IMG/VR virus record: IMGVR_UViG_3300020161_002697
Location: 1 to 33,996 of that record
Source: a virus
Lineage: Duplodnaviria; Caudoviricetes
Length of the DNA: 33,996 nt
Reading direction: 5' to 3' (one strand)
The notes under the pieces are model-generated. The model was given only the letters and a program-made list of their open reading frames with translations. It was not told the origin of the DNA and ran no database searches. This document shows positions 1 to 8,451 of the stretch, piece after piece. A program made the translations under genes and the position numbers. Within the stretch, counting starts at the first letter, position 1, and each line of letters opens with the position of its first letter.

Positions 1-213
1 AAAGGGCTGCATCCCACGCAAAAGCCCGTCGCCCTCTTTGAGTGGTTGATTAAGACTTATACAAACGAGGGCGATCTAGTACTAGATAGCTGTGCAGGCA
101 GTGGCACGACAGCTATCGCCTGCCTAAATACAAACCGGCGGTTCATCTGCATTGAGAAGGATGAAACCTATTACAATATATCGACCGAACGAGTCGCAAA
201 GCATGGAGAATAA
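1..213 (+). CDS. N4/N6 DNA methyltransferase (beta class), C-terminal fragment, truncated by window start
   Basis: Frame 1, not in the ORF track, reads KGLHPTQKPVALFEWLIKTYTNEGDLVLDSCAGSGTTAIACLNTNRRFICIEKDETYY...HGE*. HPTQKP followed by the SAM-binding VLDxxAGSGTT motif is typical of N6_N4_Mtase. Stop TAA at 211-213. Confidence 0.9.
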   Translation, partial: KGLHPTQKPVALFEWLIKTYTNEGDLVLDSCAGSGTTAIACLNTNRRFICIEKDETYYNISTERVAKHGE

Positions 214-214
214 T

Positions 215-343
215 ATGACATTACATAGTATTGAGCTTTTAAAGCAGATCATTTCTGCACTGCTACCAGATGACGAGCCTATCCGATCAAAGCTTTTAGC
301 GGTCATCGCTGAGATCGAGGCAGACCTAAAAACAGAGGATTAG
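215..343 (+). CDS. small hypothetical protein (42 aa, helical)
   Basis: GGAG at 205-208, ATG at 215 just after the MTase stop. Reads MTLHSIELLKQIISALL...KTED*. Shorter than the track ORF 152..343. Confidence 0.55.
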   Translation: MTLHSIELLKQIISALLPDDEPIRSKLLAVIAEIEADLKTED

Positions 344-897
344 TGCGATCTTTTTTCTAGTCTCTCGATTCTCTCCTTGAGGTCATCATCCATGACTTGA
401 ATTGAGATACTCTTCTTTTCTGCATCATCGATCCTAGATGTCATGATGTCTAGACGGCGGGCAAGATCCTTGCGTTCTAGATCGCAGGCTACCGCATGGT
501 CTCGCTCGTCCTGCTTGCGTTCCTTGTACGACTTGTAAAATAGGACTGCCAAGAGGATCGCTATCGTTAAGGGCAGATTGTTGCCTGTGAGCTGATTGAT
601 CTGCTTAAAAAGATCGATCTCTTGGAGTGGGGCTTGCTCAATCACGGGCTGAGTTTTTGGCAGGTCTTGAGCCTGCAGAGATGGGATAAAATCCATGTCA
701 ACATCGCTTTCTATAGGTATAAAGGCATCTGCTATTTTAACAGCTTTTGCCCTTGGTTTATCAACCTTTTCACTGATAGCCTTGAAAACAAGCTTTGAGC
801 CCGCCATAAATTCACACTCGCTCGCATTGTATAGTCTGCCCTCATAGTAAATTCTGCCATCGCTATTTAAATAAAATTCACCGTTGATTATGCACAT
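340..897 (-). CDS. hypothetical membrane protein (185 aa; one TM helix plus C-terminal coiled coil)
   Basis: Strong SD GAGGAGG (plus-strand CCTCCTC 904-910) before ATG at 897 (MCIINGEF). Hydrophobic LPLTIAILLAVLFY is followed by a charged heptad-like tail. Confidence 0.7.
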   Translation of the reverse strand: MCIINGEFYLNSDGRIYYEGRLYNASECEFMAGSKLVFKAISEKVDKPRAKAVKIADAFIPIESDVDMDFIPSLQAQDLPKTQPVIEQAPLQEIDLFKQINQLTGNNLPLTIAILLAVLFYKSYKERKQDERDHAVACDLERKDLARRLDIMTSRIDDAEKKSISIQVMDDDLKERIERLEKRSH

Positions 898-1159
898 AAA
901 AAGCCTCCTCGTGTGTTTATAGTATGCCCGATCGATCCTTTTGAGAGTTAGTATTTGAACGCAGTTTTTTGGGTTGTGATACGAGTAGCACATTAGATCG
1001 GGCATCCATCGAAAGAATAACACAATTTTGCGTGTTATGAGCTTGTCTGTTGCAAGACGATTGACTTTATCCTTGGATTTGATTTAGCGACCAGACCGCA
1101 CACATCTATCTCGTCCGAAGCCTTTTAGGTGCGTCCAAGGCAGAGGACGAGAAATAATC

Positions 1160-1190
1160 TTGATCTTTTAAATGTTTTTTGTGTTATAGT
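1160..1190 (+). promoter_or_regulatory. candidate promoter for the virion operon
   Basis: Extended -10 TGtTATAGT (1182-1190), with TTGATC at 1160-1165 (19-nt spacer, non-optimal), in an AT-rich gap upstream of the portal ATG. Confidence 0.4.
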
Positions 1191-1225
1191 ATTGATCAAT
1201 TGAATTTTTTTTGTACGGGTGAGCA

Positions 1226-2632
1226 ATGCAGTATCTCAATCTAAAATCTGTGGGCAAAGGTGGCGATGAGGCAGACTATCAGCCTCTGCCTCCTTTCTAT
1301 CGTGCCTATGGTATCCCCGGCACAAATTTAAGCGGTGGCAGCATATCAGGCAAAGAGCAAAATCCAAGGCTGACGGGCAGACAATGGACGCTGACGGCAG
1401 AAGATATGCTCGCTAGTGATCCTATTATACGCAGATCATGGGCGCTAATTAAGCAGACTCTTTTGTCTGCTAAATGGATTTTTAAGGCGGGCATCGAGGG
1501 CGATCCAGTGAGTGAAGAGCTCGCCCGCTTTGCTAACGAGGCGTTCGGCTTTGATGGATATAGCGGGATGATGGACATGACATGGGAAGAGCAATTAGGC
1601 TACCTTCTCGAATTTATCCCCATGGGATGGCGGTATGCAGAAGAGCTCTACTGTTGCGAGCCTGACAGCATAGGCAGAGAGAAGATCTTCTTAAAGCGAT
1701 TTGCTGATCGTGAGCCCACAAGTCATCAAAGATGGTTGACTGCAGACGGCGTGACACTTGAGGGCGTCATGCAAAATATGGTCGGAGGGGTACAGCCTGA
1801 GCCGATCCCTGCAGGTAAAATGCTTTTATTAACCTTGAATAGAACAGGCTCGAATTTTGAAGGTCAAGGGCTTTTGCGTCCCTGTTGGTGGTGGTGGTCT
1901 CAAAAGCAGAGAATCGCTAATTTGATGTCTATCGGCGTTGAACGATGGGCAATTCCCACGCCCAAGGTTGTCGTTGATATGGAGATCGCAGAGAGATCAG
2001 GCTTTACCCAAGGCGAGATTACTGCAATGATTCAAGAGGCAGAGGCACAGGCTCGAGATTATATCGCTCAAGAGCAAGGCTATCTCATCGAGAATACAGC
2101 GATCAAATTTGATTCATTCGGTAGCCAAGGTCAATTCAATCCTGATGGAGCCCTAAAGGTTATCCAAGAGTGCGATAATCAAGTGTCACAAGCCTTTTTT
2201 GCTCAATTCATGAATCTTGGAATTAGTGACACAGGATCAAGGTCTGTGGGCGAGGTGCATCTATCAGTCTTTAGGCGTGCCTGCATTAACTATCTTGACT
2301 TGGTAGCATCTGCAATCAGCGGGCAAGATAGACGGGGCGGTGGTACAATTGGGCGTCTCATCAACTGGAATTATGGCAGAATTGAGGCGACCAAGCTTCC
2401 CAAGCTAACACACATGGGACTAGACAATGACGAGCTCACAGATGCTTTAAACAGTCTGCCCGCCCTAGTACAATCTCAGCTCTTGACTCCTGACGACAAT
2501 TTAGAGCGTGCTATCCGACAGCGTATCGGTGCGGGCGATCTGCCCACTGATGCGACTAGGACAAGCCAAGATAGAGCCATCGCACAAAATCCTAGCTTGG
2601 CTATGGCAGAACGCTTGAGAGGTTTAAAGTGA
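1226..2632 (+). CDS. portal protein (DUF935 / Mu gp29-like)
   Basis: 468 aa, first gene of the head module. G-x-GLLRP-x-W..W..K, ERWAIPTP and SRSVGEVH segments resemble DUF935 portals. Confidence 0.8.
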   Translation: MQYLNLKSVGKGGDEADYQPLPPFYRAYGIPGTNLSGGSISGKEQNPRLTGRQWTLTAEDMLASDPIIRRSWALIKQTLLSAKWIFKAGIEGDPVSEELARFANEAFGFDGYSGMMDMTWEEQLGYLLEFIPMGWRYAEELYCCEPDSIGREKIFLKRFADREPTSHQRWLTADGVTLEGVMQNMVGGVQPEPIPAGKMLLLTLNRTGSNFEGQGLLRPCWWWWSQKQRIANLMSIGVERWAIPTPKVVVDMEIAERSGFTQGEITAMIQEAEAQARDYIAQEQGYLIENTAIKFDSFGSQGQFNPDGALKVIQECDNQVSQAFFAQFMNLGISDTGSRSVGEVHLSVFRRACINYLDLVASAISGQDRRGGGTIGRLINWNYGRIEATKLPKLTHMGLDNDELTDALNSLPALVQSQLLTPDDNLERAIRQRIGAGDLPTDATRTSQDRAIAQNPSLAMAERLRGLK

Positions 2633-4164
2633 GTGCATTTGATAAAAAGATTGTGCGTGCTGTCATCAGTGGACACACAAAGCAGATGAATTTAGCTATT
2701 CCAGACAAGTATAGCCACATTGATTTTATCCCGCCTAAGGGCGCTCAAGATGCTGCTAAACGAGCACTAGAGAACCGAGCGACAAAGCCCGCTTCACAGC
2801 GTGGTATGACTGCGATTGGCATTGCTAGGGCAAGGGATTTAATCAATGGAAAACAGCTATCGCCCGATACCGTCCGCAGAATGTTGGCATATTTTACTAG
2901 ACACGAGGTCGATAAACAAGGCTCGACTTGGTCGGACTATGGCAAAGGTCGGCAGGCTTGGGATGGTTGGGGCGGTGATGCAGGCTATACATGGGCGAGG
3001 AAAATTGTCGGACAGATGGACAAGGCAGACGAGGCGACTAAGGCACTTGGAGAAAATATGGACAACTCGGAATCATCACTTATTAAGGGCAAACCATTTT
3101 TAACCTTGGCTTTAGGGGCTGTTAACTCTCGCATGAATGGAGAGTCAATCAGTGATATCACAGAAGATCATCTTAAAGAGATGGTTAGGCTCTTCTATGC
3201 TCGCAAAGAGCAAGATCCTGTGATCATCGATTGGAATCACGCATCAAGCCCATTTGTGGGCGGTGCGTTAGCTTCTCCCGATGTTGCGATGGCACTAGGG
3301 CAAATCGCCGATTTAGAGATCAAGGATGGCGGGCTTTATGCCTATCCTCTATATACATCTAAAGGCGCTAAAATTGTCGAGGAGTCAGAGGGGCAACTGT
3401 GGTCTAGCCCTGAGTTTGTCCTAGGTAATATTTATGCGAGAGACGGTGGAGAACTGATTGGCAATGCCCAGCTCTTAGCTATCACGCTCACGCCTAGACC
3501 TGCACAACAAAATAATAAAATCGATCGTATTCTTTTATCGGAGAACATCATGGATCAAAACGAATTACTACAGAAATCAGCTGAGGAGCTTGTCGCTATG
3601 GTACTTGAAAAAGACGCACTAGTGAAGCAACTTGAGGCAAAGATTGCGGGCTATGAAGCGGAAGAGGACGCCTCGGTATCCGAGGAAGTCGCCCCGCTCA
3701 AAGAGGATGACAAGAAGGATGAGAAGATGGGCGAAAAGATGGGCGATGGATACAAAGCCATGTCAGAAGCCTCAGCCCTCGCCCTCAATGAAATGTCAGC
3801 AAAGATCGCCACATTGAGCGAACAGGTCGCCAAGCTCACACAAGAGAAGCACATCGCAGAACGCAAAAACGCAATCGATGCACTCTTGAACACAGGTAAA
3901 ATTGCAGTGGCAGAGAAATCACTAGCCGAGCAAGCCTATGACATGAGAAATGCTAATAATGCCTTTTGGCAGATGTTTAGCGAACGCAAAGCGAACCAAG
4001 CAGTAAATCTATCTGAGATCGGTCATGCCTCCACAGCAAAGCCCATCTCTCTCAGTGAAAGAGTCGAGCAAATCAAAAAAGAAAAAGGCATCACATTTGC
4101 CCAAGCTCTCGATCTTTTACGCACTCAACACGCAACCGAATACAATTCATTTTTTGGAGGTTAA
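2629..4164 (+). CDS. prohead protease/scaffold (Mu gpI-like) with an extra N-terminal domain
   Basis: GTG start overlaps the portal stop. IDWNH, WSSPEF and LLAITLTPRPA match Mu I-type protease motifs. The C-terminal part is a charged coiled-coil scaffold. Confidence 0.8.
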   Translation: MSAFDKKIVRAVISGHTKQMNLAIPDKYSHIDFIPPKGAQDAAKRALENRATKPASQRGMTAIGIARARDLINGKQLSPDTVRRMLAYFTRHEVDKQGSTWSDYGKGRQAWDGWGGDAGYTWARKIVGQMDKADEATKALGENMDNSESSLIKGKPFLTLALGAVNSRMNGESISDITEDHLKEMVRLFYARKEQDPVIIDWNHASSPFVGGALASPDVAMALGQIADLEIKDGGLYAYPLYTSKGAKIVEESEGQLWSSPEFVLGNIYARDGGELIGNAQLLAITLTPRPAQQNNKIDRILLSENIMDQNELLQKSAEELVAMVLEKDALVKQLEAKIAGYEAEEDASVSEEVAPLKEDDKKDEKMGEKMGDGYKAMSEASALALNEMSAKIATLSEQVAKLTQEKHIAERKNAIDALLNTGKIAVAEKSLAEQAYDMRNANNAFWQMFSERKANQAVNLSEIGHASTAKPISLSERVEQIKKEKGITFAQALDLLRTQHATEYNSFFGG

Positions 4165-4166
4165 AA

Positions 4167-4559
4167 ATGGCTTTTAACGATCAAAGCATCTATAAGAGTT
4201 TCATCGCATCTGCAAGCATTACAGCATTTCAACTCGTAAAGCAAGATAGCGACGGCAAGGTTACCCCATGTACAGCCGATACTGATGTCCCCGTGGGCGT
4301 AGCTCAACAAGCTGTCTCTAGCGGTGAAGTGGTCAATGTATGTGTTCTAGGTCTCAGCCGTGCAGTAGCAGGCGGGACTATCACTGCAGGCACTCATTTT
4401 TATGTCATGCCCGGTCTAGCAGGCAAGGTTTATGCCTATGCTTCCGGTGGTGCAGGCGTACAAACTATCGCAGGGCGTTTCTTAGCAAACGCGGTCAATA
4501 CCGCTGGCTCTGCTAACGAGCAAATCGAAATCATCTTCTCCCCATCCGCAGGAGTCTAA
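4167..4559 (+). CDS. capsid cement/decoration protein (DUF2190-like)
   Basis: 130 aa, Gly/Ala/Val-rich, PVGVAQQAVSSGEVVNVCVLG...AGGTITAG; lies between protease and MCP. Confidence 0.7.
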   Translation: MAFNDQSIYKSFIASASITAFQLVKQDSDGKVTPCTADTDVPVGVAQQAVSSGEVVNVCVLGLSRAVAGGTITAGTHFYVMPGLAGKVYAYASGGAGVQTIAGRFLANAVNTAGSANEQIEIIFSPSAGV

Positions 4560-4562
4560 TAA

Positions 4563-5594
4563 ATGGCAAATCCAAGCTATAGCAATATTCATCCAGTCAA
4601 CGAGATCTTAAAGAACCTAGCCATTGAAGCCATTCCAAGCGATGGACAACTGATTGCTGATAAGGTCATTGAAAAGGTCGATGTCTCCGCTCTCGGTCCT
4701 AGCGGTACTCTCTTAATTGAAGAGACTCGTAATTTTATGGGAAGCCCTGATGTTGATGCAGAAAGAGCGCCCGGAGCAAGTCGCCAAGCTATCGGTAATT
4801 TTGATCGTACATCTACCACTTTCAACACTAAGATTTACTCTCTAAAAGATGCCATCGCTATTGAAGATATCCGCTATTCTCAATATCCCGGTAATGAAGA
4901 GACCAGATCATTTAAGAAGGTTCAAAGATCAATGCTTTTGAATCGTGAATCACGCCTCGCAAGCTTGCTTTTTGGTGCGTCAAATTGGGGTTCATATACC
5001 TCTGATCTCGCAAGCCTTGGCAACAGCTCTAAAGGCACTCAATGGAATTCTGCAGGTGCAGAGCCTTTGACCGATTTACACGCTCTCATCGATGTTATTC
5101 GTGCTAATGCTCATGGCATCTTGCCCGATACCTTGGTCTTGGGCTATGGTGCTTTGCGTGCGTTGTCTAGAGCTCCTGATATCAGAGGCTTCTTTACTGC
5201 AGGAGCTACCGCATCAGGCACAGCAGCAGGCAATCGCATTATGCAGGATGATATGGTCATCAGCGTTTTGAAAGAAGTCCTTGGCTTGCCTAATGTATTT
5301 GTTGGTAGTGCTAGAAAAGAGACAGCAAATCCCGGTTTGACATCTAGCCAAGCTCAAATTTGGACAGACGACAGCGTATTCATGGGCATCATGAAGGGCT
5401 CTGATGCTGTGGTCAATAAGAATGGGACCAAGGTTATGCCTGTTGCTGCTCTCAATTTTGAATATGCAGGCTTCACCTCTGGTTCTTATGATGATCTAGA
5501 GATGACTAAGCGAACTGTATGGCTCGAGCATACTCACCAAGACAAGGTAATTGCTCAAAATTACGGCTTTTTACTCACTGACTGTCTAGCATAG
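4563..5594 (+). CDS. major capsid protein (lambda gpE-like, HK97 fold)
   Basis: 343 aa in the expected position. IADKVI..V.V, LLNRESRLASLL, W..A.AEPL.DL...I......G..PDTLVLG and terminal YGFLLTD patterns are typical of this capsid family. Confidence 0.85.
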   Translation: MANPSYSNIHPVNEILKNLAIEAIPSDGQLIADKVIEKVDVSALGPSGTLLIEETRNFMGSPDVDAERAPGASRQAIGNFDRTSTTFNTKIYSLKDAIAIEDIRYSQYPGNEETRSFKKVQRSMLLNRESRLASLLFGASNWGSYTSDLASLGNSSKGTQWNSAGAEPLTDLHALIDVIRANAHGILPDTLVLGYGALRALSRAPDIRGFFTAGATASGTAAGNRIMQDDMVISVLKEVLGLPNVFVGSARKETANPGLTSSQAQIWTDDSVFMGIMKGSDAVVNKNGTKVMPVAALNFEYAGFTSGSYDDLEMTKRTVWLEHTHQDKVIAQNYGFLLTDCLA

Positions 5595-5607
5595 TGAGCG
5601 GGCTGAT

Positions 5608-6531
5608 ATGCTTTCTTTGTTTTGCCCTCACTGTGGCGGTACTAGCTCAACTCATGCCCTAGCAGAGGGAGAAGCCGATCAAAAAGCGATCTCCGATCTT
5701 AAAAAGCAGATGGCAGAGGAGCAAAACGAAGAGATGAGAGCTCTCTTGAAATCGCGCCTTGGAATCCTTGAAAAGGAGGTACAAGCGGCTGCTGACTTTC
5801 AAAAGGAGCTAGAAAAAGCTACCGCCAAGCTTCACTCGGCGATAGCAAGATTGATGAAAAATGGGCAGGGCAATTTGCTGATCAATATGAATCCTCAGCA
5901 ATTGAGGGACTTTTTGATCAATGAAGGCTTGGGCGATGCAATAACATTTTTTCAAAAAGCCCAACTCGATATCGTGGACTTATCAAATAAGGCTATGATT
6001 GCGATTGATCCAACCTTCATCAGCGGGGATCCCGATTTAATCAATGCAACTATCAGTCGCACAATTCAAAGCGTCTTTGATGATGCCTTAGTGCCGGAGA
6101 TTAGCAGGGGCATAAAGGATGCCGTCAGTACGGCCGCGGTGATAGGATCAATAAAAGCCCCACTTGACTCATTGGCTCAAGGCTTTCAACAGGCGACTCG
6201 ATCGAATACGACAGAAGCCCGCTTAAAGATCGCCGAGTTCGGGCGATCAGTGCAGGCAATAAATGCTGAGCAAGCAGGGCTAGACTTGTTTATATATGTA
6301 GGACCGAAAGACGGAATAACACGCCCTTTTTGTCGCAAAATTATTAGCAAGGGGCGTGTTTTTACAAAGTCTCAAATCTTAAAGATGAACAATCAGCAAG
6401 GGGCTGGACCAGTGATCACGACTGCAGGTGGCTATAACTGCAGGCATTCATGGTCGCCTGTCAGCAAGGGATTTGCCAAGGTGATGGGACTAGATGTGGC
6501 AACAAATAATGACATTAAGGATTTACAATGA
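5608..6531 (+). CDS. minor head morphogenesis protein (Mu gpF / SPP1 gp7-like)
   Basis: C-terminal YVGPKDGITRPFCR...GGYNCRHSW Cys/His motif; N-terminal CPHC and coiled coil. Confidence 0.7.
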   Translation: MLSLFCPHCGGTSSTHALAEGEADQKAISDLKKQMAEEQNEEMRALLKSRLGILEKEVQAAADFQKELEKATAKLHSAIARLMKNGQGNLLINMNPQQLRDFLINEGLGDAITFFQKAQLDIVDLSNKAMIAIDPTFISGDPDLINATISRTIQSVFDDALVPEISRGIKDAVSTAAVIGSIKAPLDSLAQGFQQATRSNTTEARLKIAEFGRSVQAINAEQAGLDLFIYVGPKDGITRPFCRKIISKGRVFTKSQILKMNNQQGAGPVITTAGGYNCRHSWSPVSKGFAKVMGLDVATNNDIKDLQ

Positions 6532-7478
6532 TAAAAGCACAGCAAGGCAAAGACTATAATTTTTTATGGCAAGCTCCATCTGCTATCAGTGGCACGCCGT
6601 CAATCACTTTTCATTTAGAGAGTGGCGATATCACATCTAGCATGACACAAGGGCGGGCATCTTTGACTGCTACTGCCATATCAGGCGATAGGCGTAGTCT
6701 CACGCTGTCAGCGTCTGCCACAAGCCTAAAGCCATTTCAAAGCCAAGCCTTTTTATTGACTGATGGAGATGACTATTTCTCTATTAAGCCTATTCGTATC
6801 GTGGGCACGAGCCTAATTATTGCTGATCCACTGCCGAGAGACGTATCTTTTACCACATCGGCGAGCATTCAATTTGCGTCGTGGACATATACGGCTAGCA
6901 GTGCGACTATCACAGCTGATCGAGGCGATATCGCCTTCACGATTGAGTATGTGCAGAGCCTTGGCGGGCAGACAATTAACAAGGTCGAAAAGGGCATTTT
7001 AAAGGTCGTCCCTCGCCCCTTTGATACAGGGCTAGACCATGCTCGATTGTGCGGTATATTCCCACATATCGCAGATATCGCCCCAAGGCGTGCAAATGGC
7101 TTTGAAGAGATTATATCTGCATCCCTCGATGAACTCGCCCTATATGTCAGAGACTTGATCGTGCCTGATGATGTTGATGAGGATGATATCCATAATGCAA
7201 ATGAGCTCTTGCAGGCTCACGCATATCTATCTATCGCCCGTATTCATGAGATCAATGGCAATATTGACTTGAGCGAGAAGATGCGTAATAGAGGTATTGA
7301 GCTAGCAGACCTAGGCATGAGAACGATCAGTCTAGATCTAAATAAAAATGGCACAATCGAGGATAACGAGCTTAACATCAGAGCCAAGGGAAAGGGCTAT
7401 ATTACGGGCAATATGGCAAGTCGTATCGTGTCAAACGATGAAAAAAGCTTCATGCCATCTAGGGCGATGAGACACTAA
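6528..7478 (+). CDS. putative head-tail connector with N-terminal beta-rich domain
   Basis: 316 aa: Ser/Thr-rich beta-type N-half and helical C-half. Called from position after the head genes only. Confidence 0.45.
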   Translation: MIKAQQGKDYNFLWQAPSAISGTPSITFHLESGDITSSMTQGRASLTATAISGDRRSLTLSASATSLKPFQSQAFLLTDGDDYFSIKPIRIVGTSLIIADPLPRDVSFTTSASIQFASWTYTASSATITADRGDIAFTIEYVQSLGGQTINKVEKGILKVVPRPFDTGLDHARLCGIFPHIADIAPRRANGFEEIISASLDELALYVRDLIVPDDVDEDDIHNANELLQAHAYLSIARIHEINGNIDLSEKMRNRGIELADLGMRTISLDLNKNGTIEDNELNIRAKGKGYITGNMASRIVSNDEKSFMPSRAMRH

Positions 7479-7991
7479 ATGAAAACCAAGATCAATCTCT
7501 CTCTGCCATCCCTGGCGATGACTCAGCCTAAAATGTTAGCAATAGGGCTCGACATGGTATCGATCATCAAAATGAGGATTTACAAGGGCATAGATGCAAA
7601 CGAGAAACCTTTTTTAGCGTACTCTACAAAGCCCTTGTATGTATCTAAAAAGAGCCCTCTAGGCAGACGCCTTGCTCCCAAGGGCGGGATCAAGACAAAG
7701 GGCGGGATGTATTTTGAAGGCGGATATCGTGAATACAAAAACAAATCACGCAAGCGGTCAAATGCAATCGAGGGGCAGACTGCAGAAGTCGATCTCACAC
7801 TATCAGGGATGATGATGCAAAATTTTACGGTGCTATCATCAACTGCTCGAAGCTTTGTTATCGGCTTATTGCCTCCTGTGAGACACTATGGCTATAATGT
7901 AAATCAAAAACGATACTTTATCGGGCTATCGCCTAAAGAGGTTGATCAGCTGATTGAGATCGTAAAAATAAATCTTCTGGAGACCACATGA
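7479..7991 (+). CDS. neck / virion morphogenesis protein
   Basis: Basic 170 aa with GIDANEKPFLAYS, VDLTLSGMM and KRYFIGLS motifs, typical of tail-completion/virion morphogenesis proteins. Confidence 0.65.
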   Translation: MKTKINLSLPSLAMTQPKMLAIGLDMVSIIKMRIYKGIDANEKPFLAYSTKPLYVSKKSPLGRRLAPKGGIKTKGGMYFEGGYREYKNKSRKRSNAIEGQTAEVDLTLSGMMMQNFTVLSSTARSFVIGLLPPVRHYGYNVNQKRYFIGLSPKEVDQLIEIVKINLLETT

Positions 7992-8449
7992 GCAAGGGCA
8001 TTTCATCAGCCATAGATCACATTATCGACCGCCTAGAGAGCCTCACGCCCAAGAGCGATTCTTATCATCATTTTGTCTGCATCAGTGATGCGAGTGGCAG
8101 AAATTTATCCTTGGAATCGAGATCGAATCAAAATCGATTATTTGATATTCGCTTTCAAACACTAGCCCAAGATGACGGGCAGGCAGGCATAAGCGGGCGT
8201 AAAAGAATCGATTTACTATTAAGGATTCGCTATGATATAGGCGGAGATTTAGCACTGCTAGACCGCATGATCGCAGAGGATTCTAGTCAGCTGATTAACT
8301 CTCTAAAACAACCCGAATATCAATTCGATGATACGGGCATAGTATCGCTCATCACAAGCACAGCCACACTATCCGAGATCTCAAATGATCCTAGTCAGGT
8401 GGGCTATCTCTTAACTTTACCATTCACTCTCTTATATCTTGAGGATTAA
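7988..8449 (+). CDS. putative tail terminator
   Basis: 153 aa, immediately upstream of the tail tube gene; size and position only. Confidence 0.5.
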   Translation: MSKGISSAIDHIIDRLESLTPKSDSYHHFVCISDASGRNLSLESRSNQNRLFDIRFQTLAQDDGQAGISGRKRIDLLLRIRYDIGGDLALLDRMIAEDSSQLINSLKQPEYQFDDTGIVSLITSTATLSEISNDPSQVGYLLTLPFTLLYLED

Positions 8450-8451
8450 AA

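Noticed and set aside
898-1023. N-terminal extensions in the ORF track (340..1023, 25118..26122, 28115..28417, 28412..29644, 29622..30113, 32457..33074)
   Set aside because: Downstream ATGs with clear SD sequences give better starts; the extensions run through promoter regions or neighbouring genes.
1071-1160. Hammerhead ribozyme, tRNA or intrinsic terminator
   Set aside because: No CUGANGA/GAAA core on either strand, no cloverleaf or T-loop, and no U-tract directly after the stem.
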